In this document: piece by piece, positions 49,208 through 57,914 of the stretch
Layout of the letters: each line of letters opens with the position of its first letter
Numbering within the stretch: the first letter of the stretch is position 1
NCBI RefSeq assembly: GCF_045105015.1
Contig: NZ_JBGCCX010000115.1
Coordinates: 5,857 to 69,856, forward strand
Length of the DNA: 64,000 nucleotides
From: Psychroserpens sp.
Lineage (GTDB): Bacteria > Bacteroidota > Bacteroidia > Flavobacteriales > Flavobacteriaceae
Direction: 5' to 3'
Notes under the pieces: model-generated
Database searches by the model: none
Seen by the model: only the letters and a program-made list of their open reading frames with translations
What the model was told of the DNA's origin: nothing
Position numbers and translations under genes: made by a program

Positions 49208-51055
49208 TTAGTGGTTTAAATGTTTCACAGCCCATTTTTGCCAAGCATAAATATGCCAAACAGCCCAAGCCGAAAATGGTGTCTTTGATTTATAGTAATT
49301 AGTTATTCCAAATTTTATGTAATCTGTATTTAAGAATTCTTCTCCATAAAAAGGTATTTCAAAAATGTGATGCATTACATCATCTTTTAATTCGTTCCTT
49401 AGCCAATTATCCAAAGGCACTGTGAATCCCATTTTATTCTTATTTATAAGTGCATTAGGAATAAAATATTTCAAACAATCTTTTAATACTTTTTTGTAGG
49501 TTTTATGCTTCAAAAAATCAGATTCTAATTGCCATGAAAAATCAATGCTTTCTTTATCTAAAAAAGGCACACGAACCTCAAGACTATTAGCCATACTTGA
49601 ACGATCTACTTTTACTAACACTCTTTGTAAATGCGCGTAGAATTCATTGTAACGTAAGGCTTCTAAAAGCGATTTTTTAGAGTTTAAATTTTCCAAATTA
49701 TAAAGCTTAGAAAGCTCTTCAGAAAATGATGTATTTGGTATGACTTTATTTAGAATATCTGGAAAAATCTGAAGGTTTTTTGCAATTTGCCATTCGGAAA
49801 TTGTTTTGTAATAATATGGCGCTGGAGTACTACTAATATTGTATTTGTTTAAAAATGAGACAATTGGCCTTCTAAGTTTAAACGGAATTTTAAACCATGC
49901 TTTATTATCGGTTATGTGTTTAAATCTTGGATAACCATAAAACAACTCATCTCCTCCATCACCAGACAGCATCACTTTATGATTTTTTACTGCATGTTTA
50001 GAAAGCAAATACGTTGGTAACGAAGAATAATCTCCAAAAGGTTCAGGACACTTATCAAAATAGTCATCCATGAGTTCTAAAAGATCAGAAGTTTTTGCAT
50101 CAATAACTTTTTGTTTAACAGATAGAACTTCAGCATATTCGTTGGCAATATCACTTTCATTCATATGCTTATCTGCAACCTTTAAGGTAAATGCTTCAAT
50201 GTCGTCTTTATTGTTTTTAGCATGAGCAACTATTAACGGACTATCAATTCCTCCACTTAAAAAACTGGCAATTGGCACATCACTTAACAGTTGTCTTTTA
50301 ATAATTCGGTCTAAAAGTTTGTTATATTGCTTAGGAGTCTCGTCATTTTCTTTAGTTTGTTGTTTAGGAGATTTTGGAAATGACACTAGTTGCTTTTTAA
50401 CCGAACTCCCATTTCTAAAAACGATCAATTCACCAGGATTTACTTGAAACAAAGATTCATAAATTGTATTTGGAGCTTGCATATAGCCAAACCCGAAATA
50501 CTCTTTCATAATTTCTGGTCGTAACTTCAAACCGTCTTTAAACCATGGATGCTTAAATAATTGATCGTACTGTGAAGCAAATACTATACCTTCATTTGAC
50601 ATTCCGTAAAAGTGAGGCTTTATCCCAGCGAAATCTCTTGTGAGATATAATTCATTTTGTTCACTATCTATAATTGCAATAGCAAACATTCCATTTAAAG
50701 ATTTTATAGCTTCTTCTACACCAATTTTGTCTATCAAATGAATGAGTACTTCAGTATCTGAAGTAGACTGTAAATCTTTTAATTGGTATTGATCAATTAA
50801 GTTTAAGTAATTATAAATTTCGCCATTAAAAACTATTTGGTATCGACCAGAAGGACTTTGTTTTGGTTGATTCCCGTTAGGTGAAAGATCTAAAATCGCT
50901 AGACGATTAAATCCTAGTTGATAGTATTCTCCTCGCTTTACATCGGTAGCATCTGGCCCACGATGTTTAGACAATTCTAAAAGCTTAAAAAACGTTGGAG
51001 TTGGTGTTAGCTCCTTTTTTTCTGAATAACAAAACTCTCCTAAAAAACCACACAT
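49208..51055 (-). CDS. asnB: Asparagine synthase (glutamine-hydrolysing)-like amidotransferase, second copy
   Basis: MCGF, HRGPD, FNGEIYN, LSGGIDS, SGDGGDELF, DRSSMANSLEVRVPFL. Confidence 0.9.
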   Translation of the reverse strand: MCGFLGEFCYSEKKELTPTPTFFKLLELSKHRGPDATDVKRGEYYQLGFNRLAILDLSPNGNQPKQSPSGRYQIVFNGEIYNYLNLIDQYQLKDLQSTSDTEVLIHLIDKIGVEEAIKSLNGMFAIAIIDSEQNELYLTRDFAGIKPHFYGMSNEGIVFASQYDQLFKHPWFKDGLKLRPEIMKEYFGFGYMQAPNTIYESLFQVNPGELIVFRNGSSVKKQLVSFPKSPKQQTKENDETPKQYNKLLDRIIKRQLLSDVPIASFLSGGIDSPLIVAHAKNNKDDIEAFTLKVADKHMNESDIANEYAEVLSVKQKVIDAKTSDLLELMDDYFDKCPEPFGDYSSLPTYLLSKHAVKNHKVMLSGDGGDELFYGYPRFKHITDNKAWFKIPFKLRRPIVSFLNKYNISSTPAPYYYKTISEWQIAKNLQIFPDILNKVIPNTSFSEELSKLYNLENLNSKKSLLEALRYNEFYAHLQRVLVKVDRSSMANSLEVRVPFLDKESIDFSWQLESDFLKHKTYKKVLKDCLKYFIPNALINKNKMGFTVPLDNWLRNELKDDVMHHIFEIPFYGEEFLNTDYIKFGITNYYKSKTPFSAWAVWHIYAWQKWAVKHLNH

Positions 51056-51060
51056 TTGCT

Positions 51061-51990
51061 TTAGTTTAATGAATTGATTTTTCGAAAATACCTCATTAAT
51101 TTCAAACCAATCTTCGAATTAAGTCCTAAAATAATATTAATATTCATAAACTTAGTTTTTCCTCCTAAACCCTTTATATTATTTTTTATGTTATGGTAGT
51201 AAACCTTATTTTTATAACCCAGCTTTATAAAGGCAATAGCATTGGTAAATGCATAATAAATTAGTTTGCTTTTTAATAATTTATCTTCAAAAAAAACCGT
51301 ACCCTCTATCAATTTAGTAATATGCATAAGAGATTCATTTCGATTAATCTCTAATGCAACTAAGTCTTTCTCTCTAGATAACTTTTGCTCATCATTAGAT
51401 AAATCATAATAAATTAAAAAAGCATCAACATATATAATCTTATTGCAAATTACTGCGACATTTGTATCAAAAACATAATCCTCCCAACAACGTGTATCGA
51501 CCCAACGAATATCTTTAATTTTCAACCTGTCCCATAAACAAGCTGCTGTTCCCCAAGGCCTACCATCTAAAAAAATATTAGGCAAAATTATGTTTGGTTT
51601 AATAGCATTATCACGCATTTCCTGAAGCTCATTCCCTTTATCATCCACGTAAAAACCATTAGCATAGGCCATTATACAATCAGGATTCTCTTTCAAAGCA
51701 GCAACCGTCTTCAATAAATAATCCTCATGCCAATAATCGTCTGCATCTAAAAAAACGATATAATCACCTTTCGCTTTTTGCATGCCAAAATTACGAGAAT
51801 AACCTGGACCTTTATTTTCACTATTTCTGAAATAGGCAATAGGTTGATTAGAATTGAAATTTGGTTTAATTTTAGAGCAATCATCAATCAATAAAACTTC
51901 AAAATTAGTGTAAGCTTGATTAAATACAGATTCAAGTGCTCTATTTAATTTTTTTGGCCTATTGTAGTATGGAATGACTATTGAAACCAT
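51061..51990 (-). CDS. Glycosyltransferase family 2
   Basis: VSIVIPYYNR, IDDCS, SRNFG, FLDADD motifs. Confidence 0.9.
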   Translation of the reverse strand: MVSIVIPYYNRPKKLNRALESVFNQAYTNFEVLLIDDCSKIKPNFNSNQPIAYFRNSENKGPGYSRNFGMQKAKGDYIVFLDADDYWHEDYLLKTVAALKENPDCIMAYANGFYVDDKGNELQEMRDNAIKPNIILPNIFLDGRPWGTAACLWDRLKIKDIRWVDTRCWEDYVFDTNVAVICNKIIYVDAFLIYYDLSNDEQKLSREKDLVALEINRNESLMHITKLIEGTVFFEDKLLKSKLIYYAFTNAIAFIKLGYKNKVYYHNIKNNIKGLGGKTKFMNINIILGLNSKIGLKLMRYFRKINSLN

Positions 51991-52818
51991 TTAATTAAGT
52001 TTCGTTTTGATGAAAGGACAAGTTTCTAAAAGTTCTTTTTGACGCAATGCCAACATATCCTTATTTGGCAATAATAAATCTGTTCTTAAATGAACAAATT
52101 TGAGTAATTCTTCTTCAGATTTTAAAGTGTCTGACATTTCAAATTCTCTATCATATTTTATTCCAACAGATTCAAAATAATCGTAAAACTTAGTATTGTC
52201 ACCAGATAAGTTATTAGAAAATTTCATCCATAAAGTTTGAATTCCATAAGCATGTGGAACTATCAAACCATGTAATGATGAAGAGACAATGTTTTCGCAT
52301 TCAAGAATGTCATATGTTGTCTTCTTTACATCATTTGTAATTAAATCTATAACTTTCACATTGTCTATACCTTCAAAAATTTTACATACAAGTTCAAAAT
52401 CTACGTAATGAGGGATAATTCCTAATTTATATTTTTTTTGAACATCATTTATAATAAATTGAGGGAGTAAGAGTGCTGGATCTCCATACTTTTCTGGAAC
52501 ATTGTATCCTAAGTTTAATAATCTTTGTCTAGTTCTTGGTCCACGTACTAATAAAAACTTAGCATTTGGAACATTTTCATCTTTTTTGATAATACCACTT
52601 CCCCAAACAATAGAGTTTTTGGCAACTCTTTTTATGATACTTCCAATAGTAAAGTAATGCTTTTTTAGATAACGATACTTTTTACTTTTAAGAAGTTTAG
52701 CCTTAACAACTGTTTTTCCAGACAAATGGCCACATATGAATGGTGCTAATGCATCTCCATAGTTTTCTTTACCGTCTTTACTGTGTATGTCATGCCAAAA
52801 TATATGAAGTTTAAACAT
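51991..52818 (-). CDS. Polysaccharide pyruvyl transferase (ExoV-like), second copy
   Basis: NYGD, IGSI, WGSG, VRGPRT, GDPALL, SSSLHGLI motifs. Confidence 0.87.
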   Translation of the reverse strand: MFKLHIFWHDIHSKDGKENYGDALAPFICGHLSGKTVVKAKLLKSKKYRYLKKHYFTIGSIIKRVAKNSIVWGSGIIKKDENVPNAKFLLVRGPRTRQRLLNLGYNVPEKYGDPALLLPQFIINDVQKKYKLGIIPHYVDFELVCKIFEGIDNVKVIDLITNDVKKTTYDILECENIVSSSLHGLIVPHAYGIQTLWMKFSNNLSGDNTKFYDYFESVGIKYDREFEMSDTLKSEEELLKFVHLRTDLLLPNKDMLALRQKELLETCPFIKTKLN

Positions 52819-52827
52819 GATTAATTA

Positions 52828-54096
52828 TTATATCTTGATAATATCATGTGCTACTAAATACTTTCCACGAGAATTTACATTGAGTTTTCCAGTATTGAAA
52901 AAATCTCCACCCTCTACTCTAAAGCGAAATTCATTTTTTACCGTATCTAACATAGTTCCATTTTTTTCTTTCAAATTAATTGTCAAAGCATAATCACCAG
53001 GCAAAAAAGGAAATTTATTTATAGCTACTTTAATTTTATTATCACCTTCATTCAAATTTATGATGCTTTCAATAAGTTGATTACTCAAATACACAAGTCG
53101 CTCTCCATTAGAGCCATCAATACCAAGTTCAATAACAATATTGTTAATCGTTCTTTTAGATTTCACATCAATAACAAGGCTAAAATTATCTCCAGACTTT
53201 ATGATATTCAATGCTTTTTCTTCATCGTTTTTTAGACCAATATCATTAATAAAAACAGCTTTTTCTTCTGAATTATTTTTTCTAGAGAATTTAGATGTAA
53301 TCTCTCCAATGTTTAGATAGGTACTTATAGCCTCTTCTACTCCACAATCTTTAATAACCTGTCCATTCTCAAGAACAATACATCTAGAACATAAGTTTTG
53401 AACAGCAACCATATTGTGACTCACAAACAATATGGTTCTTCCTCCACCTTTACTTATATCCTGCATCTTGCCGATGGCTTTCTTTTGGAATTCGGCATCA
53501 CCTACTGCCAAAACCTCATCTATAACTAATATATCTGGTTCTAAAAATGCAGCTACAGCAAATGCTAAACGAACTCTCATACCAGAGGAATAACGTTTAA
53601 CTGGTGTGTCTATATATTTTTGGCAACCACTAAACTCGATAATTTCATTTTCTTTATTGCTAATTTCTGATTTTGTCATTCCCAGAATAGCTCCATTTAA
53701 ATAAATATTTTCTCTTCCAGTAAGCTCTGGATGAAAACCAGTACCAACTTCTAGTAGCGAAGCGATACGTCCTTTAGTTTTTATTTGACCAGTAGTAGGG
53801 CTTGTAACTTTTGAAAATATTTTAAGTAAAGTTGATTTACCTGCTCCATTCTTCCCAATAATACCAAGAACTTCTCCCTTTTGAACTTCAAAATTTATAT
53901 CTTTTAATGCCCAAACATATTGACTATCTGAGGTTTGGCTTCTGTCATTTACTGCGCCTACATTTAAAAAAGGATCTTCTTTACCACGAATACGATGCCA
54001 CCAACGATTTAAATCATGACTAATTGTACCAGTACCTATGACACCTAAACGATACTGTTTACTTATATTTTCGATCTTAAGAATAATATTATTCAT
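52828..54096 (-). CDS. wzt: Polysaccharide ABC exporter ATP-binding protein with C-terminal Wzt carbohydrate-binding-type domain
   Basis: GKNGAGKST, GFHPELTGREN, YSSGM, IDEVLAVGD; about 150-aa beta-rich C-terminal extension. Confidence 0.9.
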   Translation of the reverse strand: MNNIILKIENISKQYRLGVIGTGTISHDLNRWWHRIRGKEDPFLNVGAVNDRSQTSDSQYVWALKDINFEVQKGEVLGIIGKNGAGKSTLLKIFSKVTSPTTGQIKTKGRIASLLEVGTGFHPELTGRENIYLNGAILGMTKSEISNKENEIIEFSGCQKYIDTPVKRYSSGMRVRLAFAVAAFLEPDILVIDEVLAVGDAEFQKKAIGKMQDISKGGGRTILFVSHNMVAVQNLCSRCIVLENGQVIKDCGVEEAISTYLNIGEITSKFSRKNNSEEKAVFINDIGLKNDEEKALNIIKSGDNFSLVIDVKSKRTINNIVIELGIDGSNGERLVYLSNQLIESIINLNEGDNKIKVAINKFPFLPGDYALTINLKEKNGTMLDTVKNEFRFRVEGGDFFNTGKLNVNSRGKYLVAHDIIKI

Positions 54097-54101
54097 AATT
54101 A

Positions 54102-54968
54102 CTATACAGTATCAATAAATGATTTTTCCGTTCTGTTAAATATAACTAAACCAATTAAAAACAAAATAACACTTACTATTAAAGTGTAGAAAAAGCCAAA
54201 CCATGAAAAAGTACCTGTATCAAGTAACATATAGCGAAACCCTTCTATTATTTGTGTCAATGGATTATACTCAACAAGTAATGCGATTTTTTCAGGAAAC
54301 TTAGCTTTTGCTTCAGATATAGGATAAGGCACAGCAGAAACATACATCAATAATTGCACAGCAAAGCCTACTAAGATATTTAAATCTCTGTATTTAGTAG
54401 TCATTGATGATATTATCATTCCTAAGCCTAAACCGATTAGTCCCATCATAATTACATATACTGGAAACAAAAACAATTTATTATTAAAACCTAAGTCAAA
54501 CCCACTAGCATAATAATAAATAAAAAAGCCTAAAAAGATTATTAATTGAATTCCAAATTTCAACAAATTAGAAATTGTTATTGACAATGGCATAATGACT
54601 CTAGGGAAGTATACCTTCCCAAAAATATTTTTATTAGCAGTAAATGTGCTTGAGGTTTTGGTCAAACATTCTTTAAAATAATTCCAAGCTGTAATACCTG
54701 CAAGATTAAACAAGAATGGTGGGATTCCACCAGTAGATATGCTACCTAAATTATTGAAAACTAAGGTAAATACAACAGACGTAAATAATGGCTGTATGAG
54801 ATACCATAAAGGACCTAGAATTGTTTGTTTATAAACAGTTACAATATCACGTTTAACAAATAATAGCAACAGATCTCTGTAACGCCATATTTCCTTGAAG
54901 TTAAGGTCTATAAGCTTTCTTTTAGAAGAAATAGTAAAGAGCCATTCATCCTTTTGGTCCGTATTCAA
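54102..54968 (-). CDS. wzm: Polysaccharide ABC exporter permease
   Basis: RD..YKQTILGPLW, KVYFPR, YRD, YNPLT..IEGFR motifs; TTG start. Confidence 0.9.
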   Translation of the reverse strand: MNTDQKDEWLFTISSKRKLIDLNFKEIWRYRDLLLLFVKRDIVTVYKQTILGPLWYLIQPLFTSVVFTLVFNNLGSISTGGIPPFLFNLAGITAWNYFKECLTKTSSTFTANKNIFGKVYFPRVIMPLSITISNLLKFGIQLIIFLGFFIYYYASGFDLGFNNKLFLFPVYVIMMGLIGLGLGMIISSMTTKYRDLNILVGFAVQLLMYVSAVPYPISEAKAKFPEKIALLVEYNPLTQIIEGFRYMLLDTGTFSWFGFFYTLIVSVILFLIGLVIFNRTEKSFIDTV

Positions 54969-55053
54969 AATTTGTTGATTAGATAAAGTTTGGGCTAAGA
55001 TAGTAAATGCTTAACGAGTATAAAATTATAAAAACTTATATTTTAATAGACTA

Positions 55054-56031
55054 TTATTTAAAATAATCCCAAGTGATTTGAAGACCTTCCTTTACAGTAA
55101 ATTGAGGCTTATAACCTAATAAATTCTCAGCCTTTGAAATGTTAGCCAAAGAATCTCTTACATCTCCTTGTCTAGTTGGCCCGTAGATAGCTTCAACGTT
55201 GGATTGTGCAGACTCTTTGAGTGAATTCCATAAATAATTTACACTAATTCGCTCACCACAAGCAACATTAAATACTTGATTTTTAGCAGCTTCAGAAGCA
55301 AAAAAGCCTCTAATATTTGCTTGAACAGCATTATCAACGAATGTAAAATCACGAGTCTGCTCGCCATCTCCATTTATTTTTGGAGAAGCTTCATCTTTTA
55401 ATGCTTGCATAAACAAAGGAATTACAGCTGCATAAGCACCATCTGGACTTTGTTTAGGACCAAATACATTAAAATATCTCAAACCAATGACGTCTGTGTT
55501 ATAAGTTTTACCAAACACATCCGCATATAATTCGTTTACATATTTTGTTACTGCATATGGAGACAAAGGTCTACCTATATTATCTTCAACTTTAGGAAGT
55601 TCAAGACTATCGCCATAAGTTGAACTTGATGCTGCATAAATCATTCGTTTTACAGTCGAAGACTCCTTTAAAGCAACCATCATATTTAGAAATCCAGAAA
55701 TATTAACTGCATTAGTGGTAGCTGGATCATTTATGGATCGTGGCACAGAACCTAAAGCAGCTTGATGGGTTACATAATCAATCCCATTCATAGCATCTTT
55801 ACAAGTTTGTAAATCTCTAATATCGCCTTCAAGTAATTCAAAAGCTGGGTTGTTATGAAACTCTAATAAATTTTCGCGATGACCATTTGAAAAATCGTCA
55901 AGCACACGTACTTTTTTTGCTCCGTATTTTAAAAGATACTCAACAATATTTGATCCAATAAAACCTCCACCACCTGTAACAAGGAATGACAACTGACTTA
56001 AATCTCCTGAATGATATTTATTTTCGTACAT
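55054..56031 (-). CDS. UDP-GlcNAc(A) 4-epimerase, WbpP/TviC-like extended SDR
   Basis: GGGGFIG, HQAALGSVPRS, YAVTK, RYFNVFGP..AYAAVIP motifs. Confidence 0.88.
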   Translation of the reverse strand: MYENKYHSGDLSQLSFLVTGGGGFIGSNIVEYLLKYGAKKVRVLDDFSNGHRENLLEFHNNPAFELLEGDIRDLQTCKDAMNGIDYVTHQAALGSVPRSINDPATTNAVNISGFLNMMVALKESSTVKRMIYAASSSTYGDSLELPKVEDNIGRPLSPYAVTKYVNELYADVFGKTYNTDVIGLRYFNVFGPKQSPDGAYAAVIPLFMQALKDEASPKINGDGEQTRDFTFVDNAVQANIRGFFASEAAKNQVFNVACGERISVNYLWNSLKESAQSNVEAIYGPTRQGDVRDSLANISKAENLLGYKPQFTVKEGLQITWDYFK

Positions 56032-57323
56032 TATAATCTAGCGTCTACTGATTGTTTAGGTAATAATGATTTAACGTCAAAAATTACTCCTATATCTGAT
56101 TTCATTTTTTGTAAATCTAACTCTAAAAATTCATTGTGTGATACAGCAAGTACAATTGCATCGTAATCTGATCGTAATTGTGATGCATTGTCTAATAAAT
56201 CAAAATCATACTCATGTTTGACTTCATCTTTTGAAGCCCATGGATCGAATACATCAACGTTTGTATTGTAAGTCTCAAACTCTTCAATGATATCAATAAC
56301 TCTTGAATTTCTAATATCTGGACAATTTTCTTTGAAGGTTATCCCTAAAACTAAGACATTTGAATCTTTAATTCTAGCTCCTTTTTTAATCATCATTTTT
56401 ACGGTCTCCTGAGCAACATATGCTCCCATGCTATCATTCATTTTACGACCAGCAAGAATAATTTCAGGATTATAACCAGACTCAATAGCTTTTTGAGCTA
56501 AATAGTAGGGATCTACACCAATACAATGTCCTCCTACTAAACCTGGACTAAATTTAATAAAGTTCCATTTTGTTCCAGCAGCTTCAAGGACAGCTTTAGT
56601 ATCGATATCTAATAATCTAAATATTTTAGATAATTCATTTACAAATGCAATATTAATGTCTCTTTGAGAATTCTCGATAACTTTTGCGGCCTCAGCAACT
56701 TTAATTGAAGGAGCGCAATGTGTTCCCGCAGTGATTATACTTTTATACAAGTTATCAACTGTTTTTGAAATTTCAGGCGTAGAACCTGAAGTAACTTTTA
56801 GAATTTTAGTGACTGTATGTTTTTTATCTCCTGGATTAATTCGCTCTGGTGAATATCCAGCATAAAAATCTGTATTATACTTAAGTCCAGACACTTTCTC
56901 AAGAATTGGAACACAGATGTCTTCTGTTGCACCAGGATACACAGTAGATTCATAAATAACAATATCATCTTTACTTAAAACTTTACCAACACTTTCACTG
57001 GCTTTAATCAATGGTGTAAAGACTGGTCTTTTTAACTCATCTGTTGGAGTTGGGACGGTTACGATATAGACGTTAGAATCAGCTGTATGGCTTGTATCAT
57101 TGGTAATAAATAATCCTGTGTCTGAATTTGGATCTGAAGTCAAAACAGACTTTAAATGTTCATCTTCAACTTCTAAAGTTTTGTCTTCTCCACTTTTTAA
57201 TTCACCTATACGCTTTTCATTGATATCAAAACCAATGACCATATATTTTTTAGCAAATTCGACTGCTAATGGAAGACCTACATAACCAAGGCCTAAAATT
57301 GTTATTTTATGTGTATTATTCAT
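56031..57323 (-). CDS. UDP-N-acetylhexosamine 6-dehydrogenase, WbpO/TviB-like
   Basis: GLGYVGLPLA, ESTVYPG, SPERINPGD, GGHCIGVDPYYL, FKENCPDIRNS motifs. Confidence 0.9.
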   Translation of the reverse strand: MNNTHKITILGLGYVGLPLAVEFAKKYMVIGFDINEKRIGELKSGEDKTLEVEDEHLKSVLTSDPNSDTGLFITNDTSHTADSNVYIVTVPTPTDELKRPVFTPLIKASESVGKVLSKDDIVIYESTVYPGATEDICVPILEKVSGLKYNTDFYAGYSPERINPGDKKHTVTKILKVTSGSTPEISKTVDNLYKSIITAGTHCAPSIKVAEAAKVIENSQRDINIAFVNELSKIFRLLDIDTKAVLEAAGTKWNFIKFSPGLVGGHCIGVDPYYLAQKAIESGYNPEIILAGRKMNDSMGAYVAQETVKMMIKKGARIKDSNVLVLGITFKENCPDIRNSRVIDIIEEFETYNTNVDVFDPWASKDEVKHEYDFDLLDNASQLRSDYDAIVLAVSHNEFLELDLQKMKSDIGVIFDVKSLLPKQSVDARL

Positions 57324-57324
57324 T

Positions 57325-57912
57325 TTAATTTACTATCGATTTCAAAATAAAGTTCAAATCTAAAGAAAAACTATAATTCTCAATGTATTTTTTGTTTATT
57401 TTGACCTTATCTGGCCAAATATTCGTTCTATTGTAGGTTTCAGGGTCAACTTGCTGTGACAAAATGGTTTCTTCGTCTCTATATTTTAATGTTGCTGGTC
57501 CAGTTATTCCTGGTTTTACAATTAAAATGATTCGATCATCATTTTTTAACTCATCAGCAAAACCTGGAAGGTCAGGCCTTGGACCTACAAAACCCATATT
57601 TCCAAAAAGCACATTAAAAACTTGAGGTAATTCATCCAATTTATAGCGTCTTAAAAATTTTCCAAATTTGGTGGCACTTAAATCTAAATGTCCTAAAACA
57701 TGATGTTCTTTTCGTAACGTTCTAATCTTAAAAATTTGAAATAATTTACCATGTTGACCAACTCTTTTTTGAAAAAACAAACCAAACTGACCAGTATCTA
57801 GAGTAGCAATAATTACAAATAATACAATAGGAATAATTAGCAATGGAACTAATGTGACTGATAAGACTAGATCAAAAAAACGCTTTACTCTAAGTTGGCT
57901 TTTTGTTATCAC
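57325..57912 (-). CDS. Small phosphoglycosyl transferase (PglC/WbaP catalytic-type sugar transferase)
   Basis: KRFFD, KIRT, KLDELPQ..NV..G.M..VGPRP, PGITG motifs. Confidence 0.88.
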   Translation of the reverse strand: MITKSQLRVKRFFDLVLSVTLVPLLIIPIVLFVIIATLDTGQFGLFFQKRVGQHGKLFQIFKIRTLRKEHHVLGHLDLSATKFGKFLRRYKLDELPQVFNVLFGNMGFVGPRPDLPGFADELKNDDRIILIVKPGITGPATLKYRDEETILSQQVDPETYNRTNIWPDKVKINKKYIENYSFSLDLNFILKSIVN

Positions 57913-57914
57913 AA

